Shown: positions 39,236-50,778 of the stretch, piece by piece
Position numbering within the stretch: the stretch's first letter is position 1
Layout: each line of letters begins with the position of its first letter
Assembly (NCBI GenBank): GCA_015062385.1
Contig: SUUT01000004.1
Coordinates: forward strand, 8,433 to 72,432
Origin: Alphaproteobacteria bacterium
Lineage (GTDB): Bacteria > Pseudomonadota > Alphaproteobacteria > CAAHEQ01 > UBA3637
Direction: 5' to 3'
Length of the DNA stretch: 64,000 bases
Translations under genes and position numbers: made by a program
Notes under the pieces: model-generated
What the model saw: only the letters and a program-made list of their open reading frames with translations
Databases searched by the model: none
Told to the model about the DNA's origin: nothing

Positions 39236-39627
39236 TTCTATATTTATTCATAATATTAAAAACGTGATGAAGTCAATACGTTTTTTTTATTTTTTTCATA
39301 GAGTCTTGAATCATATATAAAAAAATTTTTAAACGGATACAGAATTTTTTTTTGAAATATTTTTTTGTTTGGATCTTTGGATATGCTTTTTTTTGAAAAC
39401 ATATTGATTTTTATATTGTTTATACTGAATTGTGATTCGCTTTTTATTTCAAAATATTCATTTTTCAAAAAAGATAATCAGTTGTGTTGTTTATTTTGAA
39501 AAAAAGATAAAAAAACAGACGAAAGGATGATTTTTACTTGCAATACGAATATATGTGGTTTATGCTATCTACAGCAGGTTGCCTGCTTAGTGATTGAGTT
39601 CAATCAAACTTAACAAAGGAGTATTTT

Positions 39628-40407
39628 ATGCTTAAACAAACATTATTAGTTGCTGGTATTTTAGTGGCTGCGACATCAGCATCTGCTTTGGAATCTACAA
39701 ATCCGTTTTTTGGTCCGGCAAAAGGAACAACAGCTTCTACAACATCATATAGTTTTGCTAAAGGTTCAGTTAAGAATGCTTCGGCATATGCTAAAGGATA
39801 TGATCATGTTGTTTCTGAAAAATTATCTTATGGTTTGACAGATAGCGTGTCATTAGACGGTACAGTTTCTAATGATTGGTCAAAAATAAAAGTTGCCGGT
39901 TTGGGAACAGATACAGATGATAAAAATATTGATTTTGAATTAGGTTCTACATGGAATGCTTTAACAGGCAAAACAAAATTGCAATTAAGTGGAGCATATG
40001 GTCAAAGAGAAAGTGATTCTTCTGATAATTTAGGGGCTTATAAATATGTTGCCGGTGCTGTAAAAGCCGGTTATACCATGGGTGTTTATACACCATATGT
40101 TGCTGGTCGTGTAGAATTACCTGTTGCTCAAAATTCCAATGCAGACAACCATGCTAAATATGAAGGTAAAGCCGGTTTATATGTTTATTGTCCAAGACAA
40201 AAATGGGCATTGGATAACGGTGTTCGTATCAATTATGATGAAACAGATGAATCAAGAGTTGTTTCTTATGATTTAGAAGCTTCCTATCATTTGACAAAAA
40301 ATTGGGCTATTAGTGCGTTTGGCTCTTATGCTTTAGATGGTCAAGCAAAATATGATACGGAAATTCATGATAAAACAATTGGTTTAAGATTGAGAACATC
40401 TTTCTAA
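39628..40407 (+). CDS. Outer-membrane beta-barrel protein (porin/OMP family)
   Basis: Signal peptide MLKQTLLVAGILVAATSASA, alternating Gly/Tyr-rich amphipathic strands, and a C-terminal ...LRLRTSF with terminal Phe. Confidence 0.7.
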   Translation: MLKQTLLVAGILVAATSASALESTNPFFGPAKGTTASTTSYSFAKGSVKNASAYAKGYDHVVSEKLSYGLTDSVSLDGTVSNDWSKIKVAGLGTDTDDKNIDFELGSTWNALTGKTKLQLSGAYGQRESDSSDNLGAYKYVAGAVKAGYTMGVYTPYVAGRVELPVAQNSNADNHAKYEGKAGLYVYCPRQKWALDNGVRINYDETDESRVVSYDLEASYHLTKNWAISAFGSYALDGQAKYDTEIHDKTIGLRLRTSF

Positions 40408-40431
40408 TTTGTTTAATTATATTTCAAAAAA

Positions 40432-40461
40432 ATACCTTTCATATTTGAAGGGTATTTTTTT
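40432..40461 (+). terminator. Rho-independent terminator of the OMP gene
   Basis: ATACCTTTC ... GAAGGGTAT hairpin followed by TTTTTTT. Confidence 0.65.
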
Positions 40462-40987
40462 ATTGTATTTCAGAAAGTAGATTGGCAGATGTTGATATTT
40501 TTACCAAACTGTGGGTTTGTATGGCATAGGGGGTGTAGACGATCAAAATATAGGAATATCAGTGTTGGTTAGTGAATGTTTATGGAATCGAGATATTGTA
40601 TAAATAGTTTTGCTTTGCCATAGGAATTACGAAGTTTCGAGATGGTGCTCAGTATGAAATAATTAGTTAATAAGAGTGTTAGGTAGTGGAAATTTAAGGG
40701 TTTTAATTTAATATTGTTTATTTGTATGTGTTGAAGTGAATATCTATTTTTTATCTTTTGCATGGTTTAAGAAATTCTTTTGTGTTACTCTATGTTGTTC
40801 ATTTTTTACGTATAATAACGGATTTGTCTTGCAGTAACAATTTTTTACAAAAAAAAGATATTGATTTATGTGTGAAATCTAGTGTTTTTCGACTTTTTTT
40901 GAGGCGGTAAATCTGTTTTATGTTTTAATTGATATGATGAGGTTTAAACGGACGGAGCATTTTTGTTTTATTCTTTAAGTTTTTTTA

Positions 40988-41027
40988 TCAAAAAAAACGC
41001 CTTTCATAAGAAAGACGTTTTTTTTAA
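40988..41027 (-). terminator. Rho-independent terminator of tuf
   Basis: On the minus strand: AACGTCTTTC TTAT GAAAGGCGTT followed by TTTTTTTT. Confidence 0.65.
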
Positions 41028-41040
41028 CTATATTCGAAAA

Positions 41041-42231
41041 TTATTTTTCGATTTTTGCAACCACACCGGCGCCAACTGTATGACCACCTTCACGGATAGC
41101 AAAACGTAAACCTTCGTCCATAGCAACCGGAACGATTAATGTTACTTTTAATTTAACATTATCACCCGGCATAACCATTTCAACACCTTCAGGTAATTCA
41201 ATTGTACCTGTAACGTCTGTTGTACGGAAGTAGAATTGTGGACGATAGTTAGCAAAGAATGGAGTATGACGACCACCTTCTTCTTTGCTCAAAACATAAA
41301 CTTCTGATTCGAAGCATGTGTGCGGTGTAATTGTGCCCGGAGCAGCTAAAACTTGACCACGTTCAACTTCGTCACGTTTTGTACCACGGAGTAAGACACC
41401 AATATTATCACCAGCTTCACCTTGATCCAACAATTTACGGAACATTTCAATTCCTGTACATGTTGTTTTTGTTGTCGGGCGTAAACCAACGATTTCAACT
41501 TCTTCACCAACTTTGATAACACCGCGTTCTACACGACCTGTAACAACTGTACCACGACCGGAGATTGAGAATACGTCTTCAATCGGCATCAAGAACGGTT
41601 TGTCTTTTGGACGTTCTGGTTGTGGAATGTAAGCATCAACGGATTCCATTAATTTTAAGATAGCATCACGACCGATTTTGGCATCGCCATCATCCAAAGC
41701 AACTTTTGCGGAACCACGAATAATAGGAATATCGTCACCAGGGAATTGATATGAAGATAACAATTCACGAACTTCCATTTCAACTAAGTCTAATAATTCT
41801 TCGTCATCAACCATGTCAACTTTGTTCATGAAAACAACAATTGCAGGAACGCCGACTTGACGAGCCAACAAGATGTGTTCACGTGTTTGAGGCATTGGAC
41901 CATCAGCAGAAGAAACAACCAAAATTGCACCGTCCATTTGAGCAGCACCTGTAATCATGTTTTTGACGTAGTCAGCGTGTCCCGGACAGTCAACGTGTGC
42001 ATAGTGACGGTTTGGTGTTTCGTATTCAACGTGAGATGTAGAAATGGTAATTCCACGAGCACGTTCTTCCGGAGCTTTATCGATGTTTGCATAATCAACA
42101 AATGCAGCACCGCCTTGTTCTGCCAATACTTTTGTAATAGCAGCGGTTAATGTTGTTTTACCGTGGTCAACGTGGCCGATTGTACCAATGTTGCAATGCG
42201 GTTTATTTCTTTCGAATTTTTCTTTACTCAT
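41041..42231 (-). CDS. tuf: Elongation factor Tu
   Basis: Full-length 396 aa with [14 protein letters not shown] and NKVD GTPase motifs. The sequence is alphaproteobacterial-looking. Confidence 0.98.
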   Translation of the reverse strand: MSKEKFERNKPHCNIGTIGHVDHGKTTLTAAITKVLAEQGGAAFVDYANIDKAPEERARGITISTSHVEYETPNRHYAHVDCPGHADYVKNMITGAAQMDGAILVVSSADGPMPQTREHILLARQVGVPAIVVFMNKVDMVDDEELLDLVEMEVRELLSSYQFPGDDIPIIRGSAKVALDDGDAKIGRDAILKLMESVDAYIPQPERPKDKPFLMPIEDVFSISGRGTVVTGRVERGVIKVGEEVEIVGLRPTTKTTCTGIEMFRKLLDQGEAGDNIGVLLRGTKRDEVERGQVLAAPGTITPHTCFESEVYVLSKEEGGRHTPFFANYRPQFYFRTTDVTGTIELPEGVEMVMPGDNVKLKVTLIVPVAMDEGLRFAIREGGHTVGAGVVAKIEK

Positions 42232-42295
42232 TATAAATTCCTTAACTGATCAGTGTTAAAAAATAAATCCTCTTAATAACGAGGATTCCCTTAAT

Positions 42296-42369
<74 letters not shown>

Positions 42370-42385
42370 TTATAATCGGGTCTTA

Positions 42386-42471
42386 TGGTGGAAGGGGAAA
42401 GATTCGAACTTTCGTAGACATAAGTCGGCAGATTTACAGTCTGCTGCCATTAACCACTCGGCCACCCTTCC
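42386..42471 (-). tRNA. tRNA-Tyr (anticodon GTA, long variable arm)
   Basis: The reverse complement is GGAAGGGTGGCCGAGTGGTTAATGGCAGCAGACTGTAAATCTGC...GTTCGAATCTTTCCCCTTCCACCA. Confidence 0.9.
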
Positions 42472-42773
42472 GGCCCAACAGACACTCTTGCTTAACAAGA
42501 GGTCTTCATTATGCCGTGAAAAAATAAACTTGTCAAGCACTTTTTTATAAATTCTATAATTGTTTGTTTTTAAATGATAAAATTTCATTTTTATAGATAA
42601 ATTTTGTTTGGAGGATAACTTTTTTTAGAAGAAATGAGAATAGAATATAAAAAATGAGTATGTAGATTAATAGATAAATATTTTGGCGAATAATAAGAAG
42701 AAATATTTTTTGTAGATTTTTTCTGTATTTTGTGTTATAATGTTTTTTACATTATTAAAAATAAGGAAAAACA

Positions 42774-43427
42774 ATGTTAAAAAAAGCAAAATTAATTTTA
42801 AAAAAATCATTTCATCGGCGATTTGGGTATTTTGGTAAGTTACAACAAGAATTAGCACAAAAAAAAGAAAAATGGATCTTGATGGAACAGGAAATGCATA
42901 AAGCGTGTGCTGATTTTTGTGCGGCAATTGGTGGAATGGAAATTAATAATATTAAAAAAATTATGAAACAATATCCGAATGTTATACATCGACCGGCAGT
43001 AGAGGATTATAATCCTCTTGGAAAACTATCCAGAGCATTGTCTTGTCAGAAATATATTCCAGAAGTTGCTGAATTGTTTATTTATTTAACACAAAACGGA
43101 ATGCGGGCAACACAACAAGATGTTGCAAATTTGTTAATACAGGAACATAATGTCCCGTTGTTAAATTATTTGTTTATACAACAACCAGATTTATTACCGA
43201 CCAATTTAGGAGTTGATACCAATAAATATGTTTCAACAGCTGTTTTTGGACAGAATCAAGCCGGGTTGTTGATGTTATATACATTGGGGGCAGTATTGCC
43301 TAAAAATAAAGAGGAACAACTATCTTCTCAAATTCACATGAATATGCGAATCTCTCATAATTATTATAAAAGTGATGCTTTTTTTGCATCTCAATTTTTG
43401 CGTAAGCATGAACAAATAAATCAATAG
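42774..43427 (+). CDS. Hypothetical protein (217 aa)
   Basis: Clean ORF between two terminator-bounded units. No family is recognised. Confidence 0.4.
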   Translation: MLKKAKLILKKSFHRRFGYFGKLQQELAQKKEKWILMEQEMHKACADFCAAIGGMEINNIKKIMKQYPNVIHRPAVEDYNPLGKLSRALSCQKYIPEVAELFIYLTQNGMRATQQDVANLLIQEHNVPLLNYLFIQQPDLLPTNLGVDTNKYVSTAVFGQNQAGLLMLYTLGAVLPKNKEEQLSSQIHMNMRISHNYYKSDAFFASQFLRKHEQINQ

Positions 43428-43610
43428 ATTTTGTGTGTTTGGAATAGTTCTATGGAATAGATGATTCTGTTATATAAGACAGAAACCAATTAGCTTTATA
43501 TGTTCTTTTCTCGGAACAATAATGGTTATTTTTTTGAAACAGAGATACAGGTTTTATTTGTTTAAATAAAAAAGACCCCTGCAGACTTGGCCGGGAAGGG
43601 CTAGCTACAA

Positions 43611-43640
43611 TAAAAAGCCTTACGATGCGTAAGGCTTTTA
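43611..43640 (-). terminator. Hairpin terminator downstream of ileS (bidirectional-looking)
   Basis: GCCTTACG / CGTAAGGC stem flanked by A-run and T-run. Confidence 0.55.
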
Positions 43641-43666
43641 AGAATATTGGTTTGATATAAGTATAA

Positions 43667-46600
43667 TTAAGCTTTTTTTACTTCAAATCGGATAGAGGAA
43701 TCACCCAATTCTTCTGCTGCAATATCTTGATTAATGCTACCTTGTGTTAATACCAAAGCTAATACTTGTTCTTTAATATAAGAACTATGTTCGGCAATGG
43801 CAGTACAAACCAATTCTGAATCACAGGAGAATGAAAGATTGATTCTGTCTGAAACATCTAATCCATTTGCTTTTCGGGCTGATTGAACCATGCGTACGAA
43901 GTCACGGGCAATACCCTCTTTTTCCAATTCAGGCAAAACTTCGGTATCTAGTTGGATAACAGCTGTATTATCCGGTAATGGTTGTCCGTTTAATCCAGAT
44001 TTCATAACAAGCCGTAATTCATATTCTTCCGGTGTTAATGTTTGTCCGCCAATGGATAATGTGGCATCTTCATTTTGTTTCCAATTGTTTGTTTTTGAAG
44101 CTGCCATGATGTCTTTCATGTATTTTCCTAATCGCTTGCCGATTAAGGGTGTTTTTAAATACAAAAATGTATCCGCAACAGATTGAATATCAGTGCTTAA
44201 TTCGATGTTTTTGACATTAACTTCATCTTTTAATACTTCTACAAAATCATAAAGTTGGGTTGCCTTTTCACCGGCTAACATCATTGATTTTAATGGTAAG
44301 CGATTGCGTAATTTGTGCTCTTCACGAATCGATTTTACGGTTGATGAAATCATGCGAACCAAATCCATTTGTTCCATCAGTTTTTCATTGATTGTTAAAC
44401 CTGATACATCCGGATAATCTGTTAAGTGAACGGATTCTTTTCCGGTTAATCCCCGATAAATATACTCGGTTGTCATTGGCATTAATGGTGCCATGATGCG
44501 ACAGAGTGTTTCTAATACTGTATAAAGTACATTAAAGGCATTTAAATCTTCGCCGTCCCAGAAGCGAGCCCGTGAACGTCGAATATACCAGTTATTTAAG
44601 ATATCCAAAAATTCCGCACAGGCATTACAAGCTTGATTTAAGTCATAACCTAACATGGCAGATTTGACATCTTCTGTTAATAAGCGTAATTTTGATAAAA
44701 TATATTTATCTAATACGTCCGGAGAATCGACGGTTTTTGTTGCTTTAATCCCCTCTGCATTGGCGTACAGACAGAAGAAGTAATAGGCATTCCAAAATGG
44801 CATTAAAGCTTTTCGAGCATTTTTTGCCACTTCTTTTCCTTCTTGATCTAATGCCACATTTCCACCTTTGATAACCGGTGAAGAAACAAAGAACCATCGT
44901 AAAGAATCAGAACCCATGGTATCCAAAATAATATTCGGATCTGGGTAGTTTTTCAGCTTTTTAGAAAGTTTTACACCTCCTTCGGCCATAATCAATCCTG
45001 TGCATAAACAGTTTTTGTATGCCGGTTTATGGTGTAAAGCCGTTCCCAAAACATGTAAGGTATAGAACCATCCCCGTGTTTGGTCAATTGCTTCTACAAT
45101 AAAGTCTGCGGGGAAGTTTCTTTCAAATCGTTCTTTGTTTTCAAATGGATAATGTACTTGTCCTTCTGGCATGGAGCCGGATTCAAACCAACAGTCAAAC
45201 ACATCAGAAACACGACGCATCATTGTTTTTCCGGATGGATCATCCGGATTCGGATAAACAACGTCATCAATCATTGGTCGATGTAGATCATTTACTTCAA
45301 TTCCGGTTTTTTCTTTAATTTCTTTGACGGAACCGAAAACATCTATACGAGGGAAATCCGGATTATCTGATTTCCATACCGGAATAGGAGTTCCCCAAAA
45401 ACGATTACGGGAAATAGACCAATCACGAGCTCCTTCTAACCATTTACCGAAACGTCCATTTTTAATGTGTTCGGGTGTCCAAGTAATTTCTTGGTTTAAA
45501 GCGACCATTTCATCTCGAAATTCTGTCACTTTTACAAACCAACCACTCATTGCTTTATAGATTAATGGTTGATCTGTTCGCCAACAATAAGGATAACTAT
45601 GGGTAATTTGTTCTTTTTTAACTAACTTACGATTTTCTTTTAACCACAACATAATTGGTTCGTTTGTTTCAAAAACCTGTATGCCTGTATAATCGGGAAC
45701 TTCTGCCGTAAAGCAACCGGCTTCATCAACCGGACAAACAACCGGAAAATCAGAACGAACAGAACGGCATACATCAAAGTCATCTTGTCCGAAACCTGGG
45801 GCAATATGAACAATACCTGTTCCATCTTCTGTTGAAACAAAATCACCGGCTAATACTTTAAAACAGCCTTTTTCTTTTAATTGTTTGAAATATGGAAACA
45901 TGGGTTCGTATGATTGACCAACCAGTTCAGCACCCGTAATAGTGCCAACAGCTTGTGCGTGTTGTAATTGTTGTTTATATCGTCCAAGTAGTGCCGTAGC
46001 CAAAACATATTTTTCATTTCCTTCCTGCATGATTGTGTATTCAACATCTTTGCCGACAGCAATCATTAAGTTAGAAGGCAATGTCCATGGTGTTGTGGTC
46101 CAAACTAAAAGATTCAATCCGCTTTCCAATTTGAATAAAACCGTAATAGCGGTATCTGTTTTGTCTTTATAACCTAAATTAACTTCAAAGTTTGAAACGG
46201 GTGTTTGTGCACTCCAAGAATAGGGTTGTACCCGATAATCTTCATAAACTAAACCTTTATCATAAAGAGCTTTAAAATTATGGATAATAGATTCCATAAA
46301 CGGTAAATCCATTGTTTTATAATCGTTATCAAAATCAACCCAACGACCAATGCGTTTAAACATGTCGGTCCAAATTGTGGCGTATTTTAAAACATTTTGA
46401 CGGCAAAATGCATTAAATTTGTCCATGCCGTATTCTTCAATGGCTTTGTGTCCGGAAACACCTAATTCTTTTTCGGCTGCCATTTCTGCCGGTAATCCGT
46501 GACAATCCCACCCTAAACGACGTTCAACACGTTTCCCGTTCATTGTTTGAAAACGGGCAATTGTATCTTTTACATATGAAATCATAATATGTCCATAATG

Positions 46601-46777
46601 GGGCAATCCGTTTGCAAACGGGGGACCGTCATAAAATACAAATTCTTCAGCTTCACGACGAATTTCTATTGACTTTTCAAATGTTTTTTCTTTTTCCCAT
46701 GAAGCGATAACATCTTTTTCCATTTCCGAAAAATTGATTTTTGCCGGTAGTTCCGGATAATATTTTTGTTGTGCCAT
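43667..46777 (-). CDS. ileS: Isoleucyl-tRNA synthetase (type 2, eukaryote-like)
   Basis: FYDGPPFANGLPHYGH (HIGH region) and KLSKKLKN (KMSKS-like). ~1036 aa counted from MAQQKYYPELP (ATG at 46777, AAAGGAAA RBS); the track ORF is extended to 46843. Confidence 0.93.
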   Translation of the reverse strand: MAQQKYYPELPAKINFSEMEKDVIASWEKEKTFEKSIEIRREAEEFVFYDGPPFANGLPHYGHIMISYVKDTIARFQTMNGKRVERRLGWDCHGLPAEMAAEKELGVSGHKAIEEYGMDKFNAFCRQNVLKYATIWTDMFKRIGRWVDFDNDYKTMDLPFMESIIHNFKALYDKGLVYEDYRVQPYSWSAQTPVSNFEVNLGYKDKTDTAITVLFKLESGLNLLVWTTTPWTLPSNLMIAVGKDVEYTIMQEGNEKYVLATALLGRYKQQLQHAQAVGTITGAELVGQSYEPMFPYFKQLKEKGCFKVLAGDFVSTEDGTGIVHIAPGFGQDDFDVCRSVRSDFPVVCPVDEAGCFTAEVPDYTGIQVFETNEPIMLWLKENRKLVKKEQITHSYPYCWRTDQPLIYKAMSGWFVKVTEFRDEMVALNQEITWTPEHIKNGRFGKWLEGARDWSISRNRFWGTPIPVWKSDNPDFPRIDVFGSVKEIKEKTGIEVNDLHRPMIDDVVYPNPDDPSGKTMMRRVSDVFDCWFESGSMPEGQVHYPFENKERFERNFPADFIVEAIDQTRGWFYTLHVLGTALHHKPAYKNCLCTGLIMAEGGVKLSKKLKNYPDPNIILDTMGSDSLRWFFVSSPVIKGGNVALDQEGKEVAKNARKALMPFWNAYYFFCLYANAEGIKATKTVDSPDVLDKYILSKLRLLTEDVKSAMLGYDLNQACNACAEFLDILNNWYIRRSRARFWDGEDLNAFNVLYTVLETLCRIMAPLMPMTTEYIYRGLTGKESVHLTDYPDVSGLTINEKLMEQMDLVRMISSTVKSIREEHKLRNRLPLKSMMLAGEKATQLYDFVEVLKDEVNVKNIELSTDIQSVADTFLYLKTPLIGKRLGKYMKDIMAASKTNNWKQNEDATLSIGGQTLTPEEYELRLVMKSGLNGQPLPDNTAVIQLDTEVLPELEKEGIARDFVRMVQSARKANGLDVSDRINLSFSCDSELVCTAIAEHSSYIKEQVLALVLTQGSINQDIAAEELGDSSIRFEVKKA

Positions 46778-46915
46778 TGTTTTTTTTCCTTTTTGTTTAA
46801 TATTGAATGCAAACAGTATGCCAAAAACAGAATTGAAAATCAAGTAAAAAACACGATATTAATCAATGTATTTTCAAATGCATTTTTATTTTCAAAATGT
46901 ATCCGAGGAATATTT

Positions 46916-47377
46916 TTAATCACGATGATACGGATGTCCGTCAATAATGGTTTTTGCCCGATATATTTGTTCGGACAAAACGACTCGTGCAAGCATATGT
47001 GGCAATGTCATCCTGCCGAAAGATAATTTGTAATCTGCCCGTTGTTTTAAAAAATCTGCATGTCCGTCTGCACCACCGATAAGAAATGCAATAGTCGACT
47101 CTCCGGCATTTTGCCATTGTCGGATTTTATCGGCAAATTCACGAGATGAAGGTGTTTTACCGGTTTCATCTAATACAACAATTTTTGCATCAGAGGGAAT
47201 TGCACTGAGCAATAAATGAGATTCGGCTTCTTTTAAGGCTAATCCGGATAATGCTTTTTTTTCTTCTAATTCTTTTATGGTAATATTCCACCGTGTTTTA
47301 CGGATATACTCTTGAATAAGAATATTTTCCGGTGATTGTTTTTTTAATTTGCCGATAGCAGTAATGATGATGTTCAT
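46916..47377 (-). CDS. rlmH: 23S rRNA (pseudouridine1915-N3)-methyltransferase RlmH
   Basis: 153-aa SPOUT protein with ...FLIGGADGH...LSFGRMTLPHMLARVVLSEQIYRA...GHPYHRD. Confidence 0.85.
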   Translation of the reverse strand: MNIIITAIGKLKKQSPENILIQEYIRKTRWNITIKELEEKKALSGLALKEAESHLLLSAIPSDAKIVVLDETGKTPSSREFADKIRQWQNAGESTIAFLIGGADGHADFLKQRADYKLSFGRMTLPHMLARVVLSEQIYRAKTIIDGHPYHRD

Positions 47378-47790
47378 TGGATTGGTCGTTTACAATATTT
47401 GTTTGGGAGTAGGTTTGTTATGGTTTCAATTGTCCAACCTTGTTCATTTTGGGCAGGGACAATAACACGAGCCGTACTTTGACTGTAATCTGCAATATAT
47501 TCCCGACATTTTCCACAGGGAGATATAATATATCCGTCTATATCCCGAACGGCAACAATCATATCAATCTCCATTCCCTTTTCAGCAGTTAATGCGATAC
47601 CGATTGTAATGATTTCTGCACATGTTGCAACAGATGGTTGTGTTGTTCCCACATGGAGACCCGCAAAAATTTTTCCGCTTTTTGTTATTAATGCCGCAGC
47701 AACAACGGTATGATGTCCTTCTTTTTCATATCGTTCTTTTAAAAGGGTTCGTGCTGTTTCAATCAGTTTTTCCGGAATTGTTTTTTCCAT
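47374..47790 (-). CDS. cdd: Cytidine/deoxycytidine deaminase-family protein
   Basis: Zinc ligands are TCAEI (C/HAE) and SPCGKCREY (PCxxC). The ATG at 47790 has an AAGGA RBS. Confidence 0.65.
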   Translation of the reverse strand: MEKTIPEKLIETARTLLKERYEKEGHHTVVAAALITKSGKIFAGLHVGTTQPSVATCAEIITIGIALTAEKGMEIDMIVAVRDIDGYIISPCGKCREYIADYSQSTARVIVPAQNEQGWTIETITNLLPNKYCKRPIQ

Positions 47791-47791
47791 T

Positions 47792-48565
47792 TTAATTATC
47801 CTTTTCAATTAATCCTTCTATCATTTTATCCATGGCGTCTCGTTCAGTTTGATTATATTGAGGCGTATTGTTGTTTTGTTCTTTTTTGATGGCATTTTTC
47901 AATTTGTTTTTGGCTTTTTTTTCGGCGTGTTTTTTTATGCTTTCCGATGCATCTTTTTTTACCTCTTTAACAAAATTGTCTATTGCCTTTTGATGTGATT
48001 TTTTGGGTAAAGTATGTGAACGTTTTAATTCGGTTCCGATTTTTTTCTCTTTGGTTTCTTGTTGCGATATACCTAAATCAGATTGAACGTTTTCCGGTAT
48101 AAATTTTTTCATAAAGTTGACTGTTTTTTGAATATAAACTAATGAAACATTACTTTTTTTCAATTCTTCCATTTGATCATCTGAAATGGCAACGGAAATG
48201 CCTATATACACAAGAGCCATTAACAAAACAGCACGAATAACGCCAAAAATCATCCCAAGTATACGGTCCAATCCGCTGAGAGAACTTTGACGTAATTTTT
48301 TATTAATATGGGAGTTGATTAAGGTCATTATAACTAAAATAATTAATGCAATAAGTACGGAACCACATAAGCCAGCCAGTTTTTCATTTTCAATAAATTT
48401 TTGCATAATCGGTTGCATATGAGCATAACTGAATACGGCACCGAATGCTGCTAAAATCCAAGAAGAAATACCCAGTAATTCGGTGACAAGACCTCTGTAA
48501 AGAGCAAACAAAATTGAAAAAACAAGTGTACCTAATGCAATAATATCAATAATTCCCATACTCAT
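47792..48565 (-). CDS. cvpA: CvpA-family membrane protein
   Basis: Four N-terminal TM helices with a CvpA-like start (IIDIIALGTLVFSILFALYRGLVTELL) and a Lys-rich C-terminal tail. It lies adjacent to radA. Confidence 0.6.
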   Translation of the reverse strand: MSMGIIDIIALGTLVFSILFALYRGLVTELLGISSWILAAFGAVFSYAHMQPIMQKFIENEKLAGLCGSVLIALIILVIMTLINSHINKKLRQSSLSGLDRILGMIFGVIRAVLLMALVYIGISVAISDDQMEELKKSNVSLVYIQKTVNFMKKFIPENVQSDLGISQQETKEKKIGTELKRSHTLPKKSHQKAIDNFVKEVKKDASESIKKHAEKKAKNKLKNAIKKEQNNNTPQYNQTERDAMDKMIEGLIEKDN

Positions 48566-48580
48566 AATAAACTCCTTTGT

Positions 48581-49966
48581 TTATCCTTGAAAAGTTTCTG
48601 CAAGTGTTTTTAAATGCCCGATATGTGTTAAACGCATAGATGATTTTTTAAGTGGTTTTTCTTGGCGAGATGGCGGGATAAGTGCTCGTTCAAATCCTAA
48701 TTTTTCAGCTTCTTTTAATCTTAAATCAGGTTGAGGAACTGCACGAATTTCTCCGGATAAACCAATTTCTCCGAAAATAATCATGTCTGCGGGTACCGCC
48801 CGTTGTGTTAACGATGAAATAATGGCGGTTGCAACAGCCATGTCACAGGCGGGTTCTGTTACACGCAAACCGCCTGCGACATTTAAGTAAATATCTTTAT
48901 TGACAAGAGAAATGCCACAGCGTGTTTCCAAAACAGCCAAGACCATGGCCAACCGATTAGCATCCCAACCGACAACGGCTCTGCGGGGAGATACACCGCT
49001 TTGGGGAGCAACAAGTGCTTGTATTTCAACCAACATTGGACGAGAGCCTTCTATACCGGCATATACGCAACTACCGGCGACATTGCCTCGTCGTTCGGCT
49101 AAAAATAATGCGGACGGATTAGGAACTTCTCGTAATCCTTCTTCGCCCATTTCAAAAACACCGATTTCATCTGTAGCCCCAAAGCGATTTTTAACTGAAC
49201 GCAAAATGCGAAAATGATGACCTCGATCACCCTCAAAATAAAGTACAGTATCAACCATGTGTTCTAAAACACGAGGTCCTGCCAATGTACCTTCTTTTGT
49301 GACATGTCCAACTAAAAACAAAACAAAATTACGTCGTTTTGCTAGTCGGATTAATTCATGTCCGGCTGAACGAACTTGTCCGACTGTTCCGGGGGCGGAA
49401 TCTAATGTGTCCGTGAACATTGTTTGAATAGAATCGATGACAACAATATCAGCTGTATCCGGTGAATCCAATGTTGCAACAATATCTCTTACATTTGCTG
49501 TACTTGCTAAATCTACGGTTGCATTTGCCAGTCCTAAACGCATGGCTCTTAATCGAACCTGATCAACAGATTCTTCTCCGGAAATATAAATACACTTTGT
49601 TGGTGAACCGTTTTTGTTGACCCCTTGTGACAGTTTAGATACGGCCTGTAATAATAAAGTTGACTTGCCTATTCCGGGGTCTCCACCGACAAGAATAACC
49701 GATCCGGGAACCAAACCGCCTCCGGCAACCCGATCCAGTTCGCCAATTTGAGATTTTAATCTGAAAACAACTTCCGGAGCTCCTTTTAAATCTGAAAAAA
49801 TTATTTTTTTTCCTCCCCGACCACCTGTTGCGGTTGGGCTTTCTTTTTGTGGTTCTTCTTCCTCGATAATCGTGTTCCACTCTCCACAAGCATCACATTT
49901 TCCGGTCCAACGGAGATAGATGCTACCACAAGATTGACAGACATACCGTGTATTCTTTTTTGCCAT
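48581..49966 (-). CDS. radA: DNA repair protein RadA/Sms
   Basis: N-terminal zinc finger CQSCGS...CDACGEWN, Walker A GDPGIGKST, KNRFG motif and a Lon-like C-terminal domain. Confidence 0.95.
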   Translation of the reverse strand: MAKKNTRYVCQSCGSIYLRWTGKCDACGEWNTIIEEEEPQKESPTATGGRGGKKIIFSDLKGAPEVVFRLKSQIGELDRVAGGGLVPGSVILVGGDPGIGKSTLLLQAVSKLSQGVNKNGSPTKCIYISGEESVDQVRLRAMRLGLANATVDLASTANVRDIVATLDSPDTADIVVIDSIQTMFTDTLDSAPGTVGQVRSAGHELIRLAKRRNFVLFLVGHVTKEGTLAGPRVLEHMVDTVLYFEGDRGHHFRILRSVKNRFGATDEIGVFEMGEEGLREVPNPSALFLAERRGNVAGSCVYAGIEGSRPMLVEIQALVAPQSGVSPRRAVVGWDANRLAMVLAVLETRCGISLVNKDIYLNVAGGLRVTEPACDMAVATAIISSLTQRAVPADMIIFGEIGLSGEIRAVPQPDLRLKEAEKLGFERALIPPSRQEKPLKKSSMRLTHIGHLKTLAETFQG

Positions 49967-50769
49967 TATTTTACAGCCTTTACCTCTACGTTAATTGGTC
50001 CGGCAGCACTGCCGGTAACGAATTGCCGTACATATGGATTTGTTGTTTTATCTAATTCTTTTACTGTGCCAATCCAAATAATTTTTCCTTCATATAACAT
50101 TGCGATTCTATCGGCAATCTTACGGGCGGAACTCATGTCATGTGTAATTGTTAATGCCGTTGCCCCTAATGTTTTGACGGTGGAAACAATTAAATCATTA
50201 ATAACATCAGACATAATCGGATCCAACCCGGTTGTGGGTTCATCAAAGAAAATAACAGCAGGATTTGTTGCAATGGCGCGGGCCAATCCGACACGTTTTT
50301 TCATGCCCCCGGATAAATCCGAGGGATAGACATCGGCAACAGTTTCGTTTAATCCGACTTGTGCCAGTTTTTCAATGGCAATTTTTTTTGCTTCCGCAGG
50401 AGATATTTTTTTGTTTTGAGTAAGCGAGAAAGCAACATTTTCCCAAACATTTAAACTGTCAAATAAAGCTCCGCTTTGAAATAGCATGCCGATTTGTGAG
50501 CGTAAAGCATCTTGTTCTTTCTTTGAAAGTTTATCTAAGTGTTTTCCATCAATTTCCACATGACCTTTATCTGGGGACAACAAACCTAAAATGCATTTTA
50601 ACGTGACGGACTTTCCTGTTCCCGAACCGCCAATGATGACAAGGGATTCTCCAGGATAGATATCCAAATCAACACCCGATAAAACTTTTTTTGAGCCAAA
50701 ACTTTTTTTGACACCGACAAGTCTGATTTTAGGATTTTGTGTGTTTTTTTGTTTTTTAAAAAGTGCCAT
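49966..50769 (-). CDS. mlaF: ABC transporter ATP-binding protein, MlaF-like
   Basis: Walker A GGSGTGKS, signature LSGGMKKR and Walker B IFFDEPT. Paired with an MlaE-like permease. Confidence 0.8.
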   Translation of the reverse strand: MALFKKQKNTQNPKIRLVGVKKSFGSKKVLSGVDLDIYPGESLVIIGGSGTGKSVTLKCILGLLSPDKGHVEIDGKHLDKLSKKEQDALRSQIGMLFQSGALFDSLNVWENVAFSLTQNKKISPAEAKKIAIEKLAQVGLNETVADVYPSDLSGGMKKRVGLARAIATNPAVIFFDEPTTGLDPIMSDVINDLIVSTVKTLGATALTITHDMSSARKIADRIAMLYEGKIIWIGTVKELDKTTNPYVRQFVTGSAAGPINVEVKAVK

Positions 50770-50778
50770 AAATTTCTC

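Noticed and set aside
42471-42774. TTGTCA ... TATAAT-like hexamers near 42528-42562, as a promoter.
   Set aside because: The spacing is about 19 nt and the orientation relative to the tRNA operon is ambiguous. Support is too weak to annotate.
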